Below, one piece after another: positions 24,216 through 37,021 of a stretch of DNA of 64,000 bases. Position 1 is the first letter of the stretch; the number at the start of each line of letters is the position of its first letter. The stretch lies in NCBI GenBank assembly GCA_043228905.1, contig JBHGNT010000002.1, positions 10,478,001 through 10,542,000 on the forward strand. Direction: 5' to 3'. The translations under genes were made by a program, and so were the position numbers. The stretch is from Azolla caroliniana. Its lineage: Eukaryota; Plantae; Polypodiophyta. Under the pieces are notes generated by a model. That model saw nothing but the letters and a program-made list of their open reading frames with translations, was not told the DNA's origin and made no database searches.

Positions 24216-27200
24216 AGCGGACTGTTGCGGAGTGGGGAAGTGATAGTCCGAGAAGCCCTGATACCCCACACAGGAAGAAAACTCTCGGAGCAAAACAAGT
24301 ACGAATCGGGCCGGATGGGGCATCTACGTACACGGCCGTAACCGGAGGAATGAAGAAACAATACCGACAAGTGGAGGATAAGTTACGGTCGGCATCAATA
24401 ATAAAAGAAGACGAAGAAATCGTGGGAGTGATCGAGGAAGTGTTCTATGGGAATACACTACAACGGCTTGAAGAGCTTGCGGAAGATAAAAGCCAAGGGA
24501 ACCGGGTAGTCCCGGTGGAATCGGTCGAGATGTACGAGATCGTTGCGAAAATGGGGCCGGATGCGCTCCGCAAAGAAGAAGCAATGGTAAGTACGAAATA
24601 CAAGACCGTGGAGAAAAAGGTGAAACCGGCCGCGGGACCACTACCCGCCGATAGCGAACAAAAGAAGAAAGAAGTCTCGGGAGATCCGACACTTCGGAAG
24701 TCCGTGGATATCGGACATGCCTTCACAGATGAGACCCGGAAGAAACTTCGGATCGGTGGAGGTGGGTTCCTCTTACAAGAAGAAGAAAAACGGTTTCGAG
24801 AGATGTTGGAGCAACACGGCAAAGCATTCGCGTTCACATCGAGGGAGATCGGATGCATTGATCCAAAGATAGTGGAGCCGATGGTGATTTTCACGATTGA
24901 TCATGTACCGTGGAACCTGAAGCCGATTCCGGTGCCACGGGCGCATATTCCGAAAGTCATCGACTTGCTCAAGGAGAAGGTGGCGATGGGGATTCTAGAG
25001 CCATCAAGTGCTCCGTACTCAAATCGATGGTTTACGGTTCCGAAGAAGAATGGGTCACTCCGATTCATCCAAGACTTGCAACCGGTGAACAAGGTCACGA
25101 TCCGGAACTCGGGAGTCGGTCCGATAGTGGACGAATTCGCGGAAGCTTTTTCCGGACGTGCGATATACTCCATCGGGGACCTATACTCGGGGTATGACCA
25201 ATTCCAACTAGCCGTGGAGAGCCGAGACATCACTACCATGCGGACACCGATAGGACTAGTTCGAATGTGCACACTACCACAAGGAGCGACAAACTCGGTT
25301 GCACATATGATGAACGCGATGAACAAGGTGCTTCGAGATTGCATCCCGGAGATAACGATGCCGTTTCTAGATGACATTCCGATGAAAGGATGCGCGGTGG
25401 AAGAAAAAGATGAGACTATGGATGATCGGGGATGCCGAAAGTTCGTGGTCGACCATATTCATGATTGCGAGAAAGTGTTGCGAAAGCTAGAAGATGTGCA
25501 CCTAACACTTTCCGGGGAGAAATCGGCATTCGGGCAAGAAGAAATATTGGTGGTCGGACATCTATGTGGACCCTACGGCCGAAGACCGTCACCAACAAAG
25601 ATCGATGCGATTCAAGCTATGAAGGAAGTCTGTGAGTCAACATCGGAAGTCCGAAGGTTTCTGGGTGCGTGTGCATTCTATCACATATGGATTCCGCACT
25701 ATGCACATATAGCGGACCCGCTCTATCACTTGTTGCGGAAAGGTAAGAAATTCGAGTGGAAACCGGAACACACTAAAGCCATGAGGAAGCTCAAGAAGAC
25801 ACTATGGAGGGCGGAATCACTTAAGAAGCCAAGCTACGAGCGGCCAATCATAGTAACGGTTGATACAAGTCCAACCGGTATCGGGTGGGTCATCAATCAA
25901 GCCGACTCGGATGGTTCGCGGTATCCGATTCGATTTGGAGCAAAGGTCCTCAACGAAAGGCAACGCGGATATGCACAAATCAAAAGAGAATTGTGGGGAG
26001 TCGTGTCGGCGATAAAATCGGATCGGGATTATTTGATCGGAGCTGAAGTGGTGATCGAGACGGATTGTCTTCCGATACTCGGGATGATGCGGTGTTGTAC
26101 GATACCGGATGTGGCTATGCTAAGGTGGATTGCATATGTCAAGTCACTTAATCCGGAGGTTCGACACATCTCGGGGAAGGACAACGCGGTAGCGGACATG
26201 TTATCGAGGGCGCGGTTTGAAGACGACATAACCGAATCAGATAATGAAGAAGTTTCCGAAGACTACTTCACGTCAGAACACATATGCCGAGTGAACGTGA
26301 TCCGAGAATTCCGGGAAGAAGAATACGAGGGGGAAACCTTGATGATCGGGAAGATGCTACAAGAGGTCGAGGATTCAACCAATGATAAAGAAAGGAGAGC
26401 CGAGATCCGAAGGAAGAAGAGGCAAGTCCAAAAGTTCTTCTTGGAAAACGGTTTAATATGGAGGACGCCGAAAAGACCGGATGGGACCACTTCGAGTAGT
26501 CGGGACGAAAGAGCAACGAAACCGGATAATGTCCGAGTTCCACGAATCCGATTGGGCTGGACATCGAGGAACATGGGCAACTTTTGTGAAAATCAAGCAA
26601 AGATATTGGTGGAAGAACATGTATAAAGATGTCGCGGAGTTCACAGAAAGCTGCGAGAAATGTCAAGTCTACTCCGGGGTCCGACACCGAGATGAGCTGC
26701 ATCCGACATTCTCACCGACAATCAACTTCAAGTGGATGGTCGACATTGTAGCTATGCCGACCGGGATTGGACAAAAGAAATACTTGGTGTTAGCTCGAGA
26801 AGATCTCACAAACCAAGTTGAAGGTCGAGCGCTTCGGAGGAAAACGTGTGCCGCGGTGTGCCAATTTCTTTTGGAAGAAGTGTTTTGTAGGTACGGCTGC
26901 GTAGGACAAGTGATTGCGGACCGGGGAGAACTCGACTCGGACAAAGCTAGGGGATTCTTCGCCAAACATGGAGTTCGGTTAACGTTGACAACGGCCTACA
27001 ATCCGGAGGCCAACGGGAAGATCGAACGAGGACATAGTCCGATCGTGAAAGCACTTGCGAAGGCATGCGACGGAAGGGTGAAGGATTGGCCACAAATGCT
27101 TCCGTATGCACTATGGGCGGATCGGACGACGCATAGCTCCGTGACCGGTTACATGCCGGCAGAACTCATGACCGGACAAGCACCAGTAATGCCAACGGAA

Positions 27201-27815
27201 ACCGCAATCGCGACATGGACAATACTACCGTGGAAGGAAGAGATGAGCCGGGAAGATCTACTAGCGGTCCGGATACGACAACTGGAGGGAAGACCGAAAG
27301 ATGTAGCGGAAGCGTCACGCCGACAACAAGAAGCACGATTCCGGAACAAAAGTCGGTTCGACACAAAGCACCGACTACGACCGAGGAGGATTGAAGAAGG
27401 AGATTGGGTGATCGTATATGATAGTAGCTTGGACCATCAACATACAACGATGCGGAAATTCGCGAAAAGGTGGTTCGGGCCGTACGAGGTTCGGAAGGTC
27501 TTCGACAACGGGACGTACCGACTGTCCGAGTTGGATGGAACAATACTACGAGTGCCTATAGCCGGGAAGCGGGTGAAGATTTTCAAGAAGCGGACCGACG
27601 ACAAACCTTATGTGATCCAAGTCGAGGCCGACAACGAGGAGCAATCAGACGAAGACCACAATGATGCGGGAAGCGAAGAAAGTGGATTACAACTCATAGT
27701 CGACATAAGGGGAGAATCGGAGGAAGCTTCGGATGAAGACGGATACGAAAAATCAAGAACTTCGGCACATACCGGAGGATGTGCGGGTTTGGAGGGGGCG
27801 AGTGTCGTAGTGTAG
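24206..27815 (+). CDS. Gypsy D Pol (RT-RNase H-integrase) in the -1 frame, with one apparent frameshift lesion near 26480
   Basis: DLYSGYDQF, LPQGATNS, PFLDD; VDTSPTGIG, RELWG, ETDC; GHRG/CEKC, ADRGE, YNPEANGKIERGH, WFGPY; no chromodomain. Confidence 0.9.
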
Positions 27816-28609
27816 GTTGCACACTATGTGGAAATTATATTTTTGTCCCTCCGGATAGAGAATGGAGTGCTCGGTGAGAACCGGAAGAAAACGGCATACC
27901 GGCAAGGAGGAAAAACGGCATACCGGCAAGGAGGAAAACGGCATACCGGCAAGGAAGAGCCGGATAAAGAGACATAAATGTAAAAAGAAAGGAAATACTC
28001 ACTACTGCGCAGGGCATGATTCGAACTCTGCACCTCCACGTTGACAAACCCCAACCTTACCATTACATTAACTTATCTTAAGTGTTGTAAATATAGATTT
28101 AATACGTATAAGACCTTTATTTATGCATACCTTTATTAAAAAGTAAATCGTGTATTTTTTTAATATATGAAAAAGAAAAAACACGAGACACTAAAAAATA
28201 TCTCATGCACATCTAGCGTGCATGAGCCCTATACTTAGGAAATAAAAAAGCATCACATGCACATTTAGTGGACATGAACACTTTTTGTAAAAAAGCATGT
28301 AGCTATGCTTAGTCTCTCCCATCACTATATAAGGATGGGGAGCACATTGTAGTTGTTGTTGATTGTTTGGATTAAGAATTAATCAATACAAAATTTATTC
28401 GTGGGATTCACGATTTATACATCTACTTCTCTCTTAACACCCTAAGTACCAATTAATATAGTATACTCGTGTGATTCACGAGTTTCTTATCTTTCTCTTT
28501 GCTATTTACTCATAATTAATCTCTATCTCACGAACTTCTTTCTCCTAGTTCAAGACCTCTGTGGTTCCCACCCGACTCACGCAACGATCCGGAGCCGAAA
28601 GGCACGACA

Positions 28610-31600
28610 ACGCTCCTGGCCCTACATCGAGTTTGGCCCAATCCAATCGCGTTCGGGACCCCAACATGTGCCCTGATGGCAAACGCATATTCGGATTCCA
28701 CACTAAGTTTTGTCTCAAGTATTCCTCCTCACATGTTGGTACACCATGTTCCAACCCTTTATGTACATGCTCCCATGCTCGTAGAAGACCATTAAAAAAT
28801 TTGTCTTCCCAATTCCTAGACATAACATGTTTCTTGTCTGGTATAAAAATCCACCTTATGCTATCAGCCCATAATCCACCCATCGACGGAGCACAACTAT
28901 ACAATCTTTGCATAAGTAATTGCTTCCAAGGAGCATGTCCTGGTAAAAGGCCACGAATTATTAGTTTTGCTAACAAGGCCATGCATTGGTCTAATGGATC
29001 TATAATCCCCAAACCACCGTATTGTTTTGGGGTTATCAATGTACTCCAAGCCACCTTCGCTCTTACATGACTCTTATCTTCCCCAGCCCATATAAAATTC
29101 CTAACCAGCCTTCTAATTTGTCCAATGCACGATTTTGAAAAGATCCAAGATGAGGCTATATACCACACCGTAGATAGTAGCACATGGTTGGCAACTATCA
29201 CTCTACCGGCCAAAGATAGTTTAGCATGACTCCACAAGAATAATTTTTTCCTCAAAGTTAATAGTAATGGTGCAGCATGTAATTCTGGAACCAAATCAAT
29301 CCCAACCTGCACTCCAAGATATCGAACCGCAACTCCTCTTTGAGTCCATTGGAAAGTATGATGCGGTGCCCAACAAGGCGGCGGCTCCTTGCTTACCCAA
29401 AATGCAACAGTTTTCTCCCAATTTAACTTAGCTCCAGACGCTATACAAAACTGTGACAAAGCCCCTTGTACTTGTTGCAAATTCGTTAGAGTCCCATCCA
29501 CATATAATGCAGTGTCATCTGCAAATTCCGAGTCCAATATATCTTGTCCATGCATTGGCATTGCCAAACCACGCAAGCCTATAGATTGTGATGATATAAA
29601 TGCATGCATTGCTTCCGCAAACAGAAGGAACAAAAATGGTGCAAGTGGACATCCTTGGCGAACTGATCGAGTAATGTTAAAACGAGGTCCTACTCCACCT
29701 GCCAACAACACCTGACTGTGTGCATTTCTATAAAGACAAGAAACACCTTTAATCCATGCCGTGTTGAAGCCCAAGTGATGCATAGTACCTTCCAAAAAAT
29801 TCCAGTCAACCCTATCATACGCTTTCTCAAAATCTAAAAGCAACACGGCTAGATTTTGTTTGTTTTTTACCGCTACTGCAGTAGCCTCCCAAAATGTAAA
29901 AACATTATCCATAATACTCCTTTCCCTCATAAAACCAGTTTGCGATACATGAATTATCTTTGGTAATACCTCTTGTAACCGAGAACTAAGCAACTTTGCA
30001 AATAGCTTATAACTAGTATTCAAGAGGGTGATTGGCCTCCACTTACGAATATCTTCTGAAACTCCTTCTGTTTTCGGTATAAGATAAATAAGCCCCTCAG
30101 ATAACGACATGGGCATCTCTCCACTTTCAAACATATGTTGGTAAGCATCTTTTAAGTCTTTCTTCAGTATCCCCCAATATTTCTTGTAGAATTTAGGTGT
30201 AAGTCCATCCACTCCAGGACAACTATTGTCCGATAAAGAGTGTAGCGCTTGTTCCAACTCCAATTCTGTAATAGGTGACAACAATGAATCTTGCATTGCT
30301 TGAGTAACCTTGGGTTGAATTTCCACCCAGACCTTCATTCTATTTTGGCTTATCTCCTCAGAGATAGGCTCTTCTGACAAAAGGGTAGCGTAGAATTTCG
30401 TGGCAATTACCCGCACAACATTTGGATCCGTTTCAAGTTCGCCATTTTCATTCCGCAAACAACAGGTTACATTAGAGACTCTTTTGGGGCCTTTAATATT
30501 AAAAAATTGTTTTGTACATCTATCCCCAATTTGCGTCCATCTTGAAGCAGAGTTGTGATACCTAAATTGACTACGACATTCTTCCATATGTTGAACTTGT
30601 TTTCGGGCTTCTTCAAGATGTGAAGCTATCCACGCACACTCTGGTCGACCCTGTTGCAATCTTTGCAAAGATATCAATCTTGCCCTCATCCTTCTTTCCT
30701 TCTCCAGATATTCCATATATTCAGATCTTGATTTTAACGCAAAATATTGTGATATCTCCGTCAAAGCACAAGCCACTTTGATTGTAATGGGAGCATCCAT
30801 ATTATCTTTGTTCTGCCAAATATCTGTCACTTGATTATACCATCTATCATGTAACATTACTTTTTCGGGTATCCTAAATCGTATGGACTCCCTTTTCGAT
30901 TGCCCAAAGGTTCTCAATATAACAGGAGCATGATCAGAGAAAGTTGTGCCTGGCATAATAGTGATATTTCCCCCATTTAAGACAAAGGCCTCCCCCACAT
31001 AAAATCTATCCAATCTTGAAAGATTGGTTCCAGCTATTCTCCTATCCGAACGTGAGAAACTCAAGGAATTCTGAGATCTATAAACATTAGGCATATGCCA
31101 TGCATCCAAAATACTCAATTTCAAACACATCCGTTCCCATACTGCTAATTCCTCCCCATGAATTGTTGAAACACTCCCACCTTTCCTATCCTCTGGGTCC
31201 TCAAGCATATTAAAATCCCCTGCAACACACCAATGAGACACATTTGGTAATGCATTTGTAATTTCACACCAAAAGTGTTTCCTAGCCGATGCATGATTTG
31301 GCGCGTAGATATTCAAGTAACCCCAAGTTGTATGTAAATCTTGTAATACAATATATTGTGCTCTTCCTGGCACAATGATCTCTTTGCATATAATACTTGA
31401 TTTCCAATGATGTGCAATTGCCATACACACCCCGCCTTGTGTACCACTAGTGCCAATAGCCGGGGACCAAAACATCTCCCAACTACCAGGTAATATAGTG
31501 CCATAGTTCCTTATTCTTTGCTCATTCAAATGATGTTCTTGAAACATCATAATGTCCAACGATCCATTCGTGAGACACTTTTGTAATTCCTGCCTTAACC

Positions 31601-31664
31601 TACCTCTATATCTTCGGTATAAGGGACCTCCCAAGCCCTGAACATTCCATGTGAGGAGCCTCAT
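28610..31664 (-). CDS. LINE G ORF2p, 5' part (APE endonuclease + reverse transcriptase)
   Basis: TWNVQGL, FQEHH, NIYAPN, GDFN, SRLDRFY, SDHAPV; WRPITLLN, LDFEKAYDRV, RQGCPLAP, FADD. Confidence 0.95.
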
Positions 31665-33424
31665 CAACAATTGTTAGAGGCCGAACCGGACCCGATCCTA
31701 CGAGTCTTAGAGGATGGTTCCACGGAGCTTACGCCACCCCCATCTCCCATAATCACCATTTGGCTTTTGAGTATGTCACAACCTTCTTTAATGAATCTCC
31801 AATGATGATGGGCCCGAGCCTTGGCTTGGCTTTCCGGCACATCATCTTCATGAATATAAACATATCCAAAATCAAACAATATATCGGAAGGTACATCCAA
31901 TACAACATGCTTGCGGTTCATTGCATCCAAATACGGAACCACTAAACAACTTGCATTCTCTAACCCCCTCAATATTGTTTCCCCCAATTGAGGATTTTGC
32001 ACATATTTGGCAAAATACAAAACTTGTCCTCTCATGGCCAACATAACATTTGGTTGATTCCATATGTCATTTCTCTCATAACCACATAATGGAAAGGAAT
32101 AACCGACCAATGAGTTTTCCACTTGTTTTTGTCTAAATAAAACATGGACCCTTATTGCATTGGGTTCATGAACATCTTTAACACCCAAATGTTTTGTGAA
32201 CTCATGCCCAAAGGGGGCTGCATAATCAAGTATGGAAAAGCCACCATTTCCGGTATCCTCCTTCAACATCCCACATGTTCTTATTGTGATCGCATTATCC
32301 AATTTTTGTGATTGTATTGTTCTTTTTGAACGAAATGTTTTTGCCTTGACACATCCATCATTTGGTTGGGTGGTACTAACAATTTTCCCCCTTATCTCAG
32401 TAGTGGATGTTGGTTGTTCTTGTGTATCAATTTCTATGTCCAATGCATTATACGCATTAGGGGTGAGACACGTCTCTTGCATAGGCACCGTACGTGTCTT
32501 GCATCCATGCTTAGCCTTTACATTTATCCATTGAGTGTCTCTTGTTTCCCCTTGTGCCCGTACACCCATACAATCTGAGGCTAGTTTCTCTTGACATTTA
32601 TCTGCCTCATGCCCTTCTTGTTTACAATATTCCCAACAACGTTTTTTTTCCCCCAGTTTAATATTTCTCCTTGGGCAATTCTTGGCTAAATGTCCCATTT
32701 GCCGACAATAGAAGCATTGTCCAGGGAGCCCGGCAAACTCCACCTTTTGTTCTATAAAATCCCCTTCTTCATTTGGTAGCCTTACCTTTGTCGGTAAGTT
32801 TTCGAGTGATTCTACCAAGATTCGGGCTGACGGAAATCGTGACATTTTACTTAATCGCATAGCCATACTTTCTTGGACCCTCACTACAGTTCCGATCCTT
32901 GAAGCTATTGCTTCAAGCATCGGTAAATACTCCTTACGTAATCCTGGGAAGACAATCGTTAACGGAAATATCCGATCTCCTTTCCGTATTGCCTCCACCG
33001 GATTAAAACCTTGTTTCCAAGGCATCACAAATGCACGGGCACCTCTTACATCAAGAGGACTATGCTCCAACATTATTCCCACTGATTCGATTGTATCCAA
33101 TTCCACATGATAAAATCCTCGTCCCATGAATTGGACATCTATTATTCTACCAATTAATCCATGCATAGATGCTTGTAATAAATCTTTACACTCACCTCTA
33201 TTCGGCCGAGCTCCCACCACTCTGCAGATCACCGAGAGTTGAGTTAGGCGTTGAATCTCTGATTTGAATTCAGCCTCTTCTTCTGTCGAGAATACGATCG
33301 GTAGAGGCCGCTCCTCAGATTCTGTTGGCGGGGCTGCTTCTTTAGAGTTCCCCTGTTGTGTCGTTGAGGTGGCTCTCTGCTGCGTTCTCTCTCTTCCCTG
33401 TTCCTCCATCTCGTTTTCGCTCAT
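31664..33424 (-). CDS. LINE G ORF1p (DUF4283-like N-terminus, CCHC zinc knuckles, unassigned C-terminal region), 586 aa from ATG 33424
   Basis: Open frame; MGRGFYHV, PWKQGFNP, CFYCRQMGHLAKNC; the upstream TTG start in the ORF track lies in the TSD. Confidence 0.85.
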   Translation of the reverse strand: MSENEMEEQGRERTQQRATSTTQQGNSKEAAPPTESEERPLPIVFSTEEEAEFKSEIQRLTQLSVICRVVGARPNRGECKDLLQASMHGLIGRIIDVQFMGRGFYHVELDTIESVGIMLEHSPLDVRGARAFVMPWKQGFNPVEAIRKGDRIFPLTIVFPGLRKEYLPMLEAIASRIGTVVRVQESMAMRLSKMSRFPSARILVESLENLPTKVRLPNEEGDFIEQKVEFAGLPGQCFYCRQMGHLAKNCPRRNIKLGEKKRCWEYCKQEGHEADKCQEKLASDCMGVRAQGETRDTQWINVKAKHGCKTRTVPMQETCLTPNAYNALDIEIDTQEQPTSTTEIRGKIVSTTQPNDGCVKAKTFRSKRTIQSQKLDNAITIRTCGMLKEDTGNGGFSILDYAAPFGHEFTKHLGVKDVHEPNAIRVHVLFRQKQVENSLVGYSFPLCGYERNDIWNQPNVMLAMRGQVLYFAKYVQNPQLGETILRGLENASCLVVPYLDAMNRKHVVLDVPSDILFDFGYVYIHEDDVPESQAKARAHHHWRFIKEGCDILKSQMVIMGDGGGVSSVEPSSKTRRIGSGSASNNC

Positions 33425-33428
33425 GCTC

Positions 33429-34635
33429 GCAAACATACATCCTTATACGAGCCATACACATACTAAACACAAAAATACCCCAAAATTATACATACATAAA
33501 TACATTACATATTACATACATATATACATATATGTACATTCGTACATGTACATGTACATACACATATTCATTTATACATTGCTACATGTATATACGTACA
33601 TATGCCTACAATGCTACACATAAATTTTACAAACATACATCCATACACATATATACATACATTACATATGTACATAGATATCATCACATACGCACACACA
33701 CACATGGTCATACACGCTATAATAGAACATATATACATACGCATACATACATTAGATATATACATAGATATTGTGCACATATTACAATCACACATCCATA
33801 CAAATTGAATCGTGTACATTGACATATGTATATATGCATACACATGTACATTCGTACATGGACATATATGTATTCATACATACATACACGTTCCACATAT
33901 TAGATATATACACATATGTACATATAAATATTCATACATACACATTCCACATATTAGATATATACACATATGTACATATAAATATTCATACATACACTAA
34001 ATAGTTCATATATACATACATTAATTATTTACATAGATATTATGCACATATTGCAATCACACATCTATACACATTGAATCATGTACATTGACATATGCAT
34101 ACACATACATACATACATACATACATACATACATACATACATACATAAATACCATTATGCATATATGCATGCACATATGTACATTAACACATGGACATAC
34201 ATATATTCATTTATACATTGCTACATATACATACACATACATACATTAGATATTTACATAGATATTATGCACACGTTACAATCACACATCCATACACATT
34301 GAATCATGTACATTGACATATGCATATGCGCATACATACGTACGTACATACATACACACCGATGAACATACATAAATACATTACATATGCATACACACAT
34401 GTACATTCATATATGGACATACATATATTCATTCATATATTGTTGCATGTATATGCCTACAATGATACACGTATAAATTCTACAAACATACATCATTCCT
34501 TGTAAATATGCATAGACAAATACATGTGCATACATATATATACATCTGTACATTGTTACACGTATATATATACACATGCCTTCCATGATACATGTATACA
34601 TGTTACAAACTTACATCCATACATCCATCCATTTG

Positions 34636-34669
<34 letters not shown>

Positions 34670-34961
34670 CATAGAACACCTACACAAGCACAAAACACAT
34701 ACCTTACATACTCACATGCCATACACACAATACATACAACACAATATATACAATACAATACAATATGTACACACACACACACACACAAGACATACACATA
34801 AACACACCTACACAAGCACAAAACACATACCTTACATACTCACATGCCATACACACAATACATACAACACAATATATACAATACAATACAATATGTACAC
34901 ACACACACACACACAAGACATACACATAAACACACCTACACATGCACATATATACAACGCG

Positions 34962-35001
<40 letters not shown>

Positions 35002-35136
35002 ACACATACATACATGTACATACAATATATACAATCGACGCTAATTGTTTGAAAAAACGGGGGAAGATTACAAATTTACATATGTACATGTGTGTTATGT
35101 TTTGGCAAAAAGTTAGGAGGAAAAGGAAGGAAGGGG

Positions 35137-35170
<34 letters not shown>

Positions 35171-35200
35171 AGAAGAAGAAGAGGAGGAAGAAGAAGAAGA
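33429..35200. repeat. (TACA)n/(CA)n/(GA)n low-complexity tract of transposon F, right part, with internal tandem duplications (e.g. ~127 bp at 34678-34935)
   Basis: Direct inspection. Confidence 0.9.
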
Positions 35201-35373
35201 CGACATGACTGATTGAGATGAGGAGGCAGAAAGAAGAAGAATGGAAGAAGCAGGATAGAGATGAAGCCCCCATTGTTGGGAGGGATGAAAGATTCTTCTT
35301 CTTTTGCGACCACGTTGTTTCCACAATCCCTCCTTCTGTTGCACGTTATTCTTCTTTTGCCTCAGCATCTACT

Positions 35374-35508
35374 ATGGCTATGGAGCTCGACCTCGATAAC
35401 GACGTTGCCGCTGACTTCTTCTCTGACTCCATCCCTGATTCTCGACCCCTTGACTCCGATTTCTTCAACTCCTTCGACGATGACTTCGACGACCCTGCCA
35501 TCACTTAG
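35374..35508 (+). CDS. SMAP1: SMALL ACIDIC PROTEIN 1 (SMAP1 / CSNAP-CSN9)-like ORF captured in transposon F; frame open from 35218
   Basis: MAMELDLDNDVAADFFSDSIPDSRPLDSDFFNSFDDDFDDPAIT*: carries the MAM(D/E) segment and the diagnostic Phe/Asp-rich tail D.DFFN.FDDDFDD..I of SMAP proteins. Confidence 0.8.
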   Translation: MAMELDLDNDVAADFFSDSIPDSRPLDSDFFNSFDDDFDDPAIT

Positions 35509-35915
35509 CTTCTTTGGAATGTCACATAACAAAGATTATCAACAAAGGTAACATTGTGAACTTGGACTTAATGTTGAAGATTAATGGATGTCCAATCAAT
35601 TCCAAATGCTACTTAATGTTACTCTAATTACAAAATATTCACTATTGTTTTTCGAAAGAAGTGTTTATCTCAGGGTTGAGAAATTTGTTCAACATGATGT
35701 ATGTTCCAAGATCTATATGTTTGTGAGCTTTTGATGGACATTGTGTAAACTTAAAATTGAAAGACATGTTACTATATGAGATTTTTAGACAAGAACTTAG
35801 TAAGTCAATACCATACAATGATGTGATCATTATTGACCATATCAATGTGGACCCATTAATCTCTAGTTATGTTTAACATCATTTGTATTAGAGAGAGAGA
35901 GAGAGAGAGCCCAGA

Positions 35916-36104
35916 TGAATGTAAGTCAGTTGGTAAGGTCGACCAATGGAGACCAGGTGGTCATGGGTTCAACCCCTACATTCCACAGTGGCATCTAGTG
36001 AAATAGAGATATATATGAAGTATATAATAGAGAGGTGAGGAAATTGGGTTTCGAACCCAAGACACAGTGCTTGTAGTGTTATCGACTTACCACTAGGGTA
36101 AGCT
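35916..36104. repeat. Two convergent tRNA-like (A-box/B-box) segments between (GA)n tracts
   Basis: 35916-35986 (+) resembles the LTR-head module at 54148-54217; 36037-36104 (-) reads CCTAGTGGTAAG...GGGTTCGAAACCC. Confidence 0.6.
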
Positions 36105-37021
36105 AATTACGATAAAAAGAGAGAGAGAGAGAGAGAGAACTGTCTTCTAGGGTTTTTATTGAGCCTCTTTTAGGGTTCCCTCTCCCATTATAGAGAAAGA
36201 GGCACAATCAGAACCCGAGGACGAAGGAGGGATTTGGTATGGCCACGTTTTTAACCATGTTCATATGTGTGCATGTGTGTATGTGTATTTGTATATGCAT
36301 GGCTATGTTTGTATATGTGTGTTTGTATGCATGTATGAACACATGCACACATGCATTTGCAACATTCCAAAAAGCTAAAAAATTATTATTATTATTATTA
36401 AAGCTTTAAAATTCACAAAAGATTTAGCTTGTTTTTCAAGTATTCTATGCATTTTACCTATAGATATGTATTCTAAGTACTTAAAAAAAGGGGTAGAATA
36501 CTTTAGAATACTTAACACAAGTATTCTATGCATATTGTATCCTAAGTATTCTACAACAATTAGTATAACTTTTGGTTGATCTCCCCACAACTAACTGAAG
36601 GTTGTAATCTGTTCAATAGGAACACTCTAGTTTGATGGGAAGAGGATCTCTTGGTGTGATATAGGTCACCCATGTGGTGAAATTATAAGGAAGAAAGAAA
36701 GATGAAATAACATATTTTAAAGAACGGAATGGTGTAAGAGATCTAAAAGGTATCATATTTGAAAAATGTTTATCTCATCCATGAGTTAAAACCTCCTAGG
36801 GAACCAAATTGATGAAAATCAATGATAATTATTCCTTAGGAATATGCACAATTCTAAGACAAATTCAAGAGAAGTGCATACCAATCTTGTCTTTAACTTG
36901 GTCCATTTCTCTTTTGGCCAAGTGAGTTGATTGCTTGTAAATTTAGATGTTGCTTTAATTTTACTTTTTAGTTTCAAATCTCTTAGCTAGATGAATTAAT
37001 TGTGCTATTTCTTTTGTTCAG

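Larger units (their letters stand above)
21322..28609 (+). mobile_element. Gypsy D: young, nearly intact non-chromovirus Ty3/Gypsy element (LTRs 21322-22151 and 27803-28609)
   Basis: TGTCG...CGACA LTRs differing by about 7 substitutions plus one 23-bp repeat unit; 4-bp TSD ACGC (21318-21321, 28610-28613); PPT GGAGGGGGCGAG 27791-27802. Confidence 0.97.
19885..33428 (-). mobile_element. LINE G: essentially full-length L1/Tx1-like non-LTR retrotransposon, interrupted by Gypsy D
   Basis: Poly(A) tail (T13 at 19885-19897); TSD GCAAACATACATCC(TT) at 19871-19884 and 33429-33442; ORF1 and ORF2 present. Confidence 0.95.
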
